NCBI GenBank assembly: GCA_028023455.1
Contig: JAQFVV010000006.1
Span: 1,984,001 to 2,048,000 of the forward strand
Source: Epiperipatus broadwayi
Taxonomy: Eukaryota > Animalia > Onychophora
Length of the DNA: 64,000 bases
Reading direction: 5' to 3'
The position numbers were made by a program, and so were the translations under genes. Shown in pieces: positions 52,986 to 64,000 of this stretch (the stretch's first letter is position 1; the number at the start of each line of letters is the position of its first letter). The notes beneath the pieces were generated by a model, which searched no databases, had not been told where the DNA came from, and saw only the letters and a program-made list of their open reading frames with translations.

Positions 52986-54479
52986 ATTTCAACTCTTTGA
53001 ATGCAAAAAAATGTGAAGCAAACTCGCCATAGAAATCTTATAATGGAAAATAAAATTCTGCGTGCATAAAGTTAATATTAAATTATTTAATAAAATACTT
53101 TTTTATATTACCATGTTATGCTCTCTAATGGCAATTTAATATGGCTAGGCAAAAAGAAAATATTAGGGTATGCATATTTAATGTCTCAGGGTAAATGTCA
53201 AAATGCCATAGCGAATCTAATAGGTGTGACCATAAATTTTATTATTTTTTGTTAATACTAAAGTTAATTTTAGAAATATTTGAATGCAAGGTGTTCAGAA
53301 ACAAATGTTCAAGGTATGTTTTCAGGTATGCAAAGTGGACAATGGAAAATTTTAGCATCATGTGATTTCTTGGATATAACCATAGTAATTTCGGATGTCA
53401 TTGCTTTTGCTGTAGGGGGAGAGGTGTTTTACCCTTAATGAACATAAAAAACTTGATAATTGATAAGAAACTTTCAATCTAACCAAAATGGCAATAGTAT
53501 TAAAGTTATTAGCCATGATAGTCGATTAGATAAAAGATAGTCCGATGCACCTTGTGAATCCTCTGTTCCAGTTGCCTTTTTAAATAAACAAATTATATTT
53601 TTTATATGTTTTTATATATTATAATCATTAATATTTTCAAAGTGATTCACAGTTTCTATATTATTACCATTGTTGCCAAATATCAGGATTCTTGAATAGG
53701 CATATATAAAACAATTATACATAAAAATAATATTATTTTAAATTATGTTTATTTGATTATTCATAGATTAAAATCATTGTTCAAACTGGCATCTATCTTT
53801 TAAATAATTTGGAACCTGTTTGACCCATGGCTTTTGCATATTGTTAAACGTATTGTAGAGGCATTCATTCTTATTGCTCTGTATTTTGACATTATATTAC
53901 TCCTTTATCATCAGTATTGCTATTGTGCTATTAGTGTTAACAACTAATTTAAAGTGTCTTATATAATATAATATAGCAGAGTCATATCTGAAGTTGTAAG
54001 TGCCTGTTTAATTGGCCAATGCCAGGATGTAGGGTAGTTTGTCCTTAAACAAAATCAGAAGTTGTGTGCCTTGGACTCCATACTTATGCAATGATATCCT
54101 AATTACAAAAAAAAAAATCTGTAAAAGGTTTACAAAAGAAGATGGTTTATGTAGTGCAGATTGTAAGTGAAAGCATAAAGCTGTGGTGAGCAAACAGCCT
54201 CTATGCCTTTAAAAAGAATTTGTCATGCTTCTTAAAGTTTAATAATGTAATGTATTTGGGTATTACAAAAATGTATTGACATTGTTTTTTTTTTTTTTTA
54301 CAAATATGTTTGCATTTAATGTTTATTTCTAGGCATAACTTTGTGATTGACATGTGGGTTTGACTTTATTAACATTTTGTGATATAATTTATCAATGCAA
54401 ATTAATCAATTTGTGTACATATTTATATTAAGGCAAAGATTATTAGGGTTAAAAAATATAAATATATTTCAAATCTGTC

Positions 54480-56075
54480 CATATAAAACATTAGTTTGTT
54501 ATTATGCTGATGTTTTGGCCATACCATATCTACCATTATCTGAGTAGAAATTTTATTCAAATATTATAAAGACAGTGAAAATTGAAGAACTTTTTTTTGC
54601 AACATCCATTTGAATGGCATCGTTTATCTGGATGATAATAGCTGCCATTTCTCCACAATGATAGATCTTTGATACAACAATCAATGTTTTTGTTTTTTAT
54701 CAATGCATTCGATTTTAAATCTGACACTATATATCATAATCATTACTCTTTTACTCCACACACATTTCAGAACCACTTCACATTTTAGATCAGTTAAATA
54801 CAATCACATCAAATAATTTAATGCATATATGTATTTTAGTTATTTTTAAACTTGACTATCTTCCATTCCACAACATATATCAATTATTGATGTTCTTGCA
54901 AAATAGTATTCAAAGTGAATCATTTTTTTTTTTTGTGGGGATTAAGTATATCACTTTGTTTTAAGAGTTCAGAATATCTTTTTAAAATGAAGCCACAACT
55001 AAATCACCTATCCTTTATATAATATTGCAAATTGCTATATCGCGAATCCAATTCATCTAACAAAGTATTGACTTCTTACTGATTCAAGGCAGGAGAGCAT
55101 ATCCAGCTTATTGTTTTGATTACGATATTCATCGTAGTTCATGTTTAGTTTTTTTGTATAATGTGCTCTTAATGTATTATATGGGGAAACAGTTTAATTT
55201 TGTCTGGCCACAACATTTTGTTTTTCAATATCTTCAACGTAAATCTATAATCACACTTGCTAGTTTTTGACGATCCATATGAGCATTTTGATGACTTCAA
55301 TAGTCAAGTGCATGTCATTCTCTGTTGTTGTTGTTCCCGGCATTGGCCATATATCCAATATTTTTTCGTCACAAATATCATTAATAAATTTGCTAACCAG
55401 GAATTTTTAATAATGTCTACACGTTCATTAATTGCAACGGAAAATGCAACAAAAATCTTTTGTTTTTATATTTTGGAAGTTCTCTGCTATATTTTTAACA
55501 TGCTCCGTAACTTTATTTTATGATAGACTTATACTTTGAAATGCTTGGTTTTTTTTTTCTGGACGTATAATTTCAGCTGCACTTAAAATACAATATTTAA
55601 TAAATTCTCCACCAGTAGAAAATTTTGAAGCCCAGGCAGTTTTTTTTCCACTTATGCCATAATTACATTTAACATCAACATCATCACATTCTAATATGTA
55701 GACTGTTGATATGTCTTCACTTTTTAAATCTTTAATAGTACTTTACTGAGGATAGCCAATAGCTTGAAACCGGTTTGGGGATAGGGATGTTTCTAGATAG
55801 TGAATTTAAATGCTTTCTCTCGTGGCATTTTTCAATAAAGCTTGGTTGGAGCTATTAGCATGCTCGTTTTATTTGAAATCTTTAAGATTAGCATTTCGCA
55901 TCTTGTCAGTGTAAGTATCATAGTTCTTATGGTTTGTTTCATAATGGCATTTTATATTATATTCTTTTACTATGATAAAACTTTGTATTTCAAACATATT
56001 GAATATTTTTTTATTTTTACAAAGAAATATTCCTTTTTTCATTTTTCTTGAAACGTTCTGCCTTCTTAACTTTTA
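54480..56075 (-). pseudogene. Decayed hAT transposase, GTF2IRD2/SPIN-like
   Basis: EGRTFQEK*KKEYFFV, KFSTGGEFIKYCILSAAEIIRPEK, FSVAINERVDII, YHPDKRCHSNG..KKFF (the YH.EVRWLS.G equivalent); heavily frameshifted. Confidence 0.85.
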
Positions 56076-56263
56076 ATTCGGACATTGTTATGAGCCACAA
56101 AAAAAGTCATTGAGGTGATATTTTATTAACACACTAGTTATTACCATGGCAATCTATAACTTATGGACATTGTATCATGCTGTTTAAAATCAATGAATAA
56201 CCAGTAATTTCTATTTAATGTTGGCACTATTTGAGGATAGCTAAATGATATATAGAATTAAGG

Positions 56264-56661
56264 CAGGGGTTTCCAACCTTTTTGCACTTAAGAGCACATT
56301 CTATAATACCGGCCAGGTGGTGGGCACCATTTATTTTTTCAACCAGATGGCGGGCACCATTTATTTTTTCAATGTAAATTTATAGTTAGATATTGTTAAT
56401 AATACACATAATGTACAAAAAAATAGTTATTTCAAAAATAAAATTTTAACATATAATTAACGTTTATATTTTTACGCTGTAAAAGTATAGTATGCCCTTC
56501 AATTTGATTACAATATAATACAATAATTTATAAGAAATTTTAAAAATTAAATTTATTTGTATCAGATAAATAATTTTTTATCGTGTTGGGATAGCGGCGG
56601 GCACACATAAAGTGGTTTGCGGGCACCATGGTGCCCATGGGCATAGGGTTGGGGACCCCTG
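56264..56661. mobile_element. Complete Buster-type hAT MITE (398 bp)
   Basis: TIRs CAGGGGTTTCCAACC / GGTTGGGGACCCCTG; perfect 8-bp TSD aattaagg (nnnTAnnn) on both sides. Confidence 0.95.
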
Positions 56662-56957
56662 AATTAAGGTAATAAGTTTTGCTTTTGTTTAAAGCTGATG
56701 TTTGTATTTTTTCTGCTCTAATCCCCACTAGACGTTAGAAACATTGCATTTTAGAAATCAACCCTGGGAGCCACCAATTTGCTATACCTGTTTTATTACT
56801 TTAAAGTTTTTACCTATTCATCAAAATCAGAATTTCATAACAATTTATTTGTATTTCAAATCTTTTTATAAAATTTTAAATGGTTTATAGTATTTCAAAA
56901 TATTTTTAAAAATATTACTTAAATTAATTAACATTTAACTCGTTTCATATTTTATTT

Positions 56958-57947
56958 TAATACAGAAATAAAACAAACTAATTCCTTTTTAAAACTTGAT
57001 TTTTTATGACTATAATCATGAAAAAGAAATCCAACGTTTCGACTATTTTTTAGTCTTTTTCAAGGCACACTAAAATAAAATATATATACAATAAATATCA
57101 CATATTCCAAAAAAAAAAAAAAAAAATTAAATTAATTAAAAATTACAAAATATATTCATAACCAAAATTTTCTTATTTTTACCTTATCTCACTCCCCTTT
57201 CCTATTACAATCACAACTTAAACACAACTAATTTCTTTTTAAAAATCTATATATATCATATAAAAACCTATTATTTTCTTTTATCTTTTTCCATTAACAT
57301 CCTATTTAATTCTGGTTTTATTTCATTTATGTATACACCCTCTTTTATTATCCTTTCATTATATGACTTAATACATTCCAAAGGTTTTAGTTCAAAATCC
57401 CCATGCTTAAATTTATTCTTATGAATATAAATAGCATTTAGGTGATAAAAATTCTGCTATTTACATTCATAAAAATAAATTTAAGCATGGGGATTTTGAA
57501 ATAAAACCTTTGGAATGTATTAAGTCATATAATGAAAGGATAATAAAAGAGGGTGTATACATAAATGAAATAAAACCAGAATTAAATAGGATGTTAATGG
57601 AAAAAGATAAAAGAAAATATTAGGTTTTTAATTAAAAGTTTTTATATGATATATACAGATTTTTAAAAAGAAATTAGTTGTGTTTAAGTTGTGATTGTAA
57701 TAGGAAAGGGGAGTGAGATAAGGTAAAAATAAGAAAATTTTGGTTATGAATATATTTTGTAATTTTTAATTAATTTAATTTTTTTTTTTTTTGGAATATG
57801 TGATATTTATTGTATATATATATTTTATTTTAGTGTGCCTTGAAAAAGACTATAAAAAATAGTCGAAACGTTGGATTTCTTTTTCATGATTATAGTCATA
57901 AAAAATCAAGTTTTAAAAAGGAGTTAATTTGTTTTATTTCTATATTA
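56958..57947. mobile_element. About 990-bp fold-back made of two Penelope-like 3' ends
   Basis: Arms 56958-57436 and 57455-57947, loop 18 nt. The right arm encodes HGDFEIKPLECIKSYNERIIKEGVYINEIKPELNR (GIY-YIG tail); hammerhead near each outer end. Confidence 0.9.
57838..57874 (+). ncRNA. Minimal type I hammerhead motif, U3-A8 core variant
   Basis: CC-TTGAAAA-A-GACTAT(aaaaa)ATAGTC-GAAA-CGT-T-GG; mirror copy at 57031-57066 (-). Confidence 0.65.
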
Positions 57948-58193
57948 GATATATATGAACTATTTTGAAAAGAAGAACTGTGTGGTGGATATATTAAATT
58001 ATTTTATTTTAAATAATTATATATATAAATTTTGTCTGTGTTCATTGCTTTTTTTTTTGTTTTTAAGCTTTAAATATATTTGCCCACACTATCAAGGTTG
58101 CACATTCATTCCATTATATACTATGAGCCTAATCCATCCCAAACACCAAAAGTAAAAAAAAAAATCCTGTGATTAAACATGTAGTCCATCCAT

Positions 58194-58300
58194 GTCAAGC
58201 GTTGGTGGTCAAGAGGTCAGCACAACTGCCTTACAAGCAGTTGTCCCGGGTTAGCGGGTTTGTTTCCCGGCCGATGCTATGACACACATAAAAAAAAAAA
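58194..58300 (+). mobile_element. tRNA-Gly-derived SINE
   Basis: gcgttggtggt...ctgccttacaagcagttg.cccgggtt...ttcccggcc closely follows recalled eukaryotic tRNA-Gly(TCC) GCGTTGGTGGT...GCTGCCTTCCAAGCAGTTGACCCGGGTTCGATTCCCGGCC; poly(A) tail. Confidence 0.9.
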
Positions 58301-58594
58301 GCTAAGGTTGAATTATATTGGCGAAAAAATAGCATATATATATATATGTAATAAATTTGTGAATCACTTTAGTTAAATTATCATCAATTTTTCAGGAATA
58401 TGAAAGTATTTATTACGCTGATCCATTAAATGTTATAATTAACTTGGTTGATTAACTACATGACTTTAAATTAGCACGTTTAATAATAGTAAATTTATTA
58501 TTCTTAATTGTAGGCCAAATATTAATTCTTTATTTGTAGAGGGTTTCAGCTGAAGTAATTTTTATTTACTTTGTAATACTACAGTACAATTGAA

Positions 58595-58760
58595 ATCTTC
58601 TGGATTCCAAGAGATTATAAAAGACCCAGAAAGAGACCACATGTGGGATGGATGGATGAAATAAGAAAGTGTGCAGGGGTGATGTGGAGGATCAGAGAAG
58701 ATGGATTAAACTTGGAGAGACTTTCATCCTGCAGTAGATTGATAATGGTTGATGATGACT
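58595..58760 (+). mobile_element. RTE 3' end fragment
   Basis: KRPRKRPHVGWMDEIRKCAGVMW followed by a gatgat tail. Confidence 0.8.
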
Positions 58761-60559
58761 ACAGTATGTATTGTTTTACATTCCACTCACTTCTTCAAAA
58801 TAATCATTAAAACATTTTTTCAAAGAACATATAAAATTAAAAAAATAAAACAGTATTTTATAAACTTGAATTTTATAACCCATTGAGGGAGTGATGTTTG
58901 GCTAATAAGAGTCTGGTGATACAAACAGGTGGGTTGCGCTCTATTTTGTATTAATGTGACCCTCCCCACTTCACTAGTGATGTAGTATTGAAAATGGAAG
59001 ATTGGCTCTTAATTCATTTAAGATAAGTTCTTTGTTTTTCCAATATCTTCAAAATTGCTTATTTTCAAGGCCTTTTACATGTGTTGACATAGGTGTATAT
59101 GCAAAGCAAAACGTGCATTGTGTTACCCAGATTGATTTGTACTACAAAATACTAACGGCCAAACATACCTTCAACTATAAAAAAAAAAAAAGAGAGAAAA
59201 ATATTATTTAGCCACCAAAACTCCAGAAAAACTGGCCATACTTTACAATTTTGGATGTCTGAATAATGATTTTTTCATTTCAATAATTGGTGACCCTAAT
59301 CTGATTTAGTGCACTGAATGTGCATTGCTATTAACAAATATAAATTTGATTTGCCATAGTTCAGGTATGCATACAGTACCGGTCGAAAAACACACATCGA
59401 TCCAACAAACCCCTGAATACAGGTAAAGTACCTCGAGTCCGACCATGTACAAGATAGATAAATCAGGTACATCGTGAATTCTGCCCTATTTACCTATATC
59501 CCCAGGTCAAAGATCTAATCAATACCCTTTCTCGACGATACGATCGAATTCTTTTATTTTCACTGTGCCGGCAGCTGGGTCTTAAAGCATGAGATTCGAT
59601 TTTATTATATTTAAATGAGAACTTGGGTGATTGGTTGATAAGTATGTTTAAAAATCAAAATTTATTTAAAATAAAAGTAAATAAAATGATTCGAGAACAC
59701 TGGAAGTTTGTTTTAGTTATATATATATATATTTAAAATCATTGGACATTCTACATTAGTTATTTTATATTAGTTTAAACTCAAGCTAAAAAAAAACCAA
59801 AAATACAATCTTTAAATTAACTTCATAATTATATGAGTTCCTGACGACTTTATTTTTATTAGCGGTCAGCATTGACGTTATTGACTTTGTACAATTGATT
59901 TTGTGAAGTTTATACATCTTTCATTGTGTTTACATTTATTATCTCTTTTTTTTTTAAATAGCAAAAATTATTTCATAATTAAATGACCACGGATTTCAAA
60001 ATCCCCCGTGCACATTTATTACAAGCTTATAATATAACGATAGGTTTAAACATCTGCCTAACGCACATATATAAGGATGACTTAAAAAACATTTCTATTG
60101 AACAAGATATTAATTAAATAGACGATTGTAGTAAGACTAATTTGACGTCTTACTCCATTAACATATATAAAAAAAATTGATTTTTATTTATCTTTATAAA
60201 ATTAATAATTTGGATTTTCAACAACTAATGTTTTATGACATTAGTGGACCTTGCTGGCATAGCTTATAAATAACTTTAAACCTGTAAGCGATTATAATAA
60301 AAAAAAAAATATATCAGTTAATTATCAAAGCAAACAAGTCACTTTAGTTGGACTTACAACTAAAATCATACCTATAATGAAATATACCGTGAATTAGCCA
60401 AAACCAAACGATTTTAACTAATTATGCAAACGAACAAAAGAGTCTGATTACTCAGGTCGAAGATCCTTTTGGTAGAATCATCTCCCTATGGCTTACGTAT
60501 TAGATAGGCAAAATAAAAGCAACATAATGTCGGATTAATAAATATACGAATGCAAAATG

Positions 60560-60860
60560 GAGAGAAGAAACGTAAGTAAGAAAATACAAGCCGGATTACG
60601 GACACTCGTATGTCTATTCCAACGAAGAATAAAAGGAAAATCGATACGTCCACATGTCGTGTCCATATATCGATGGGAGATAGGAATTACGGAGAGCCCT
60701 CATATTCGCCTCTACGAATTCTGCTGACAAATCAACTCTATCTCAAACACGCTGTCCGTTTCACAGGTGTATGCGAAGAACGGAAGCTAACTCCAAATCA
60801 CCAAATCGATGACCGTTTTAGGTCTGTTCATGAGACTCCAAGCATTCTTTATTAACCCGA
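60560..60860 (+). mobile_element. Frameshifted LINE C-terminal zinc-knuckle remnant
   Basis: IDTSTC(R)..P....ESPHI.LYE.C assembled across frames resembles the D.S.CRC...ET..H.L..C motif. Confidence 0.35.
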
Positions 60861-62883
60861 GATATTATAATTATTAAATAGGAACTGGTTATAATTAAAT
60901 AGCCTTAAAATGATCTAATACTGGCATAGAGATCAACCTGCGTAAACAACTACTTTATATAAATATTTAACGTACACACAAAAAAAACATACTTATAGAA
61001 ATAAGGGAATTTAATTCTCGAAAAAATCCCCCCTTCCCTCTTTCCTAACTTAAAAAAAAAAGCATGATAACTAACTGACGCTATCCAGCGGCGCTGTTAC
61101 TAGGTCAAAAATCCATAGCATATTTTATTCTATTTTGAATTACAGAAATATAAAATTATAGAATCCCATTGTGGGAAATCTATAATAAATTTATTTGAAA
61201 TTACGGTAGATTTTCTTAGAAACATATATATATTCGACCTAACCTCACTCACGAAAATAGATCAACTTACTTTACTTTTAAAATCAAATCGTTCTTTCCC
61301 GAACTCCCTCTAATAAAACATAATTTGCTCTCTTAGCAAATTTCTCTGAGCCCCCGCGAGTGAAGCTTGTCGAAATACAAAAAAAAAAAAAATCAAAGCA
61401 TGAAATAATCTCATGCTAAAATTAATATAAATCAAATTTCATATTCAATTAAAAATAATAGAAAATTATTGTGAGCTTGAGTTATCAAAAGGAAAAACAT
61501 TATAAATAATTTAAAAGAACAGGTTAAAGAGGCAGTTAAAAAAAAGATTCTTAATAAACATTAACTTTTGACATTTTAAAGCTTTACGAAATTATATTTA
61601 CATTCTAATAATACTTTGGTCAAATCTGGATGACTACCTTGGTGCTCCCCGGGATGAGTTGTGCGGGCGAACATTGATGGCTTATGGCATGTTCTGGCAG
61701 CAGCATAACGGAAGATTTCAGGTCTCAGGAGGGAAAAGGGCAGCGATTACCCTGTTTTACTTTTCGATCATCACAGCGTGCTTTCTACAACTCTGTCTGT
61801 TCTCTCTCTAGTTCTGGTCACTCTCCGTCTATTACCTCCTGCTGCCACAGGTGATCTTTTAGAAAACAATAGCAATTGTTTTTATTCTAATTTTAGAAAG
61901 TTTGTACCTCAATAAGAATTAATATATTTCAATCTAATTTTATATTAGTTTTTAATTTAGATAACAATGTAGAATCTCTACTAATTAATGAATAGAGATT
62001 CCACAGTGAATGGATTTTGGTAATTTATCTATGCTTTTAATTTAAACATTTATTTTAAACTTCTTATCGAGGTGCAAATCTTTTCAAAAGGCCATCTTGG
62101 ATTCTTATACTAAAAAAAAGAAAACATTTTAAACATATATATCTAAACTATGTAAAAAAATTCAAAGTTAATTATTTGAATTTTTTTTTTATAATAAATA
62201 GAATAACAGTGTGTTAGTATAATTATTCGATCCAAAATAAATTTTAGGATTGATTTTAATAAAAATGTTAAAATATTTTTTTAGAATAATAAAAAAAAAG
62301 CAAATGTTAGTAAATAAATAATTAGCGGGTCAGACCATGAAACGGCAAATCTGAATCAGATTTACCATTTCAATACTAAAAACCTCCTAGTGAGCTATAT
62401 GTAAACTAATTCAATTCCGTCAATAAAAGAAAAAGCACAGAGTGGACTCACTTGTACTTTAGCGTGGATTGTGTGTAAGCATTCCGTTTATATACATAAA
62501 CATTTGCAGAGTGTAAATTATATATATATTAACGGAATTCAACAATAAGCTATAATGAAATTGGTGTAACTAATCAGAGGGAATGGTTGAGCCTCATATT
62601 TTATAACCTCTGAACCTAAAATTAATTTTTACTTAATAGCTGTAAGTATAAATTTCATCTATACTCCAACTCTTGCAGATTATATTCTCATCTATTAATT
62701 CATGATTAATTTAGTATTTAGAGGTTGTTAGTATGAGGCTCAGCCTTTTTCTCTGATTGGTTATAATGATTTCAGCATAGCCTATAGTTGTGCTGAAATT
62801 ATATTAATATTTATAATTCATGATAGTAGAGGGGTTTGAACTTAGAATTCTTCAGTATATATTCATCCTCTGATCCATCTCAA

Positions 62884-62998
62884 GCAACTGATACATATGA
62901 CCATGTACATGTGAAAAGGGTAAATGATCCCCAGTATGCATATTTTGTGCAGAACCAGCACTCATCAGTTAGGCCAGATCATAATCTCCAACACATAT
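62884..62998 (-). mobile_element. Hammerhead-bearing repeat, family A
   Basis: Minus 62980-62926: GATCtggCCTAA-CTGATGA-GTGC(tggttct)GCAC-AAAA-T(ATGC)AT-A-CTGGGGATC. Confidence 0.8.
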
Positions 62999-63341
62999 AT
63001 ACAATCAGTGCTCCATTTATATTAAGATAGCAATTCCTTAAACTTTACCGGACATGTTTCAATCTTCTCATCCTTCCAAGTATTCAACCGTCCATGTCAT
63101 TAAAAAACTGACGATGGAACACTCAAAGTCTTTGTGGGATTTGATATTGTAGTCATACCCATATAGACATCATATCAATCTAACACCTCGTATTACCAGA
63201 CCATTTCTTATCAATATATATTAACAGGAGAGAGGTGGGCTGAACTGTAATTTGTTTGTACTAAATGTATGTTATATATGTAGGTAGTGGAATTTAACCT
63301 TAAGATTTTTCAATCTATATTTGTTCTCCACTATTCCTAAA

Positions 63342-63456
63342 GCAACTGATACACATGACCATATACTTGCGGAAAAGGTAAATGATCCCCAATATACATA
63401 TTTTGTGAAGAACCAGCACTCATCAGTTGGGCCAGATCGTAATCTCTCACACATAT
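63342..63456 (-). mobile_element. Hammerhead-bearing repeat, family A
   Basis: Minus 63438-63384: GATCtggCCCAA-CTGATGA-GTGctggttcttCAC-AAAA-T(ATGT)AT-A-TTGGGGATC; stem I CCCAA/TTGGG is intact. Confidence 0.8.
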
Positions 63457-63862
63457 TCAGTATAAGCAAATTACATAATTCATCTTAATATATATATATA
63501 AAATTCGTGCTTACTTCAATAAATTAAATGTTTACATACGATCCAAACTAAAGTACTGATAGGTCCATTATACTTTTTCATTTATTGGCAGAGTAATATT
63601 AGTTTGCATATATCTTGCCGGGGGGGGGGGTGTCAGTAGCTTCGGCATAAATTTCATCTATTAACACATAATTAATTATTATGTTTAACATATTGATTTA
63701 CACAGTTTTTATTATTTACATATTATATACAGAATTTATTTTTATTCTTATATATATAATATTTAAATATATACGTATATTGTCTATACTAAACTAATGT
63801 AATTATAAGGAACTTGAACTCAGACTTTCAAATCCCCCACAGCTATCCAATATATCTTATAC

Positions 63863-63933
63863 CACTGATACACATGACCATATACATATGAAAAAGATAA
63901 ATGGTCCCCAATATATGTATTTCGTGCAGAGCC
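63863..63933 (-). mobile_element. Truncated family A repeat retaining the GAAA half of the ribozyme
   Basis: Minus strand: GCAC-GAAA-T(ACAT)AT-A-TTGGGGACC; the CTGATGA half is missing. Confidence 0.7.
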
Positions 63934-64000
63934 ATTGAAGTTTGAAGATTTGCTATCTTAATATAAACTGAGCAGTGACTGTATACATGTATGGAAGATG

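Noticed and set aside
508-63469. Most ORFs in the supplied six-frame track as protein-coding genes
   Set aside because: They are 60-120 aa, low-complexity (F/I/L/K/N-rich) and as expected by chance in AT-rich DNA; only the hAT, GIY-YIG and DDX55-overlapping ones carry recognisable motifs.

Overview
Very AT-rich (visually about 25-30% GC), CpG-depleted eukaryotic genomic DNA, most consistent with an arthropod. It is not prokaryotic, so most ORFs in the supplied track are noise. The window is mostly transposon-rich intronic or intergenic sequence. The only host coding sequence I recognise is one 94-nt + strand exon (43344-43437) resembling the C-terminal region of the DEAD-box helicase DDX55. 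A probable bidirectional promoter with an RFX X-box lies at about 1.2-1.46 kb. Mobile content: three decayed hAT transposases, hAT and other MITEs, five tRNA-Gly-derived SINEs, RTE and other LINE remnants, and several Penelope-like (GIY-YIG) fragments arranged as fold-backs. The most striking hand-read signal is about 17 minimal type I hammerhead ribozyme motifs from several families. They include U3-A8 core variants and a dispersed non-coding family with six copies. All solitary copies lie on the minus strand, while + strand copies occur only within inverted repeats. Also present are a higher-order (5-monomer) tandem repeat and a 1.7-kb element duplicated as an insertion-riddled 2.2-kb copy, probably an assembly artefact. 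All alignments, folds and translations were done by eye; repeat boundaries are approximate.
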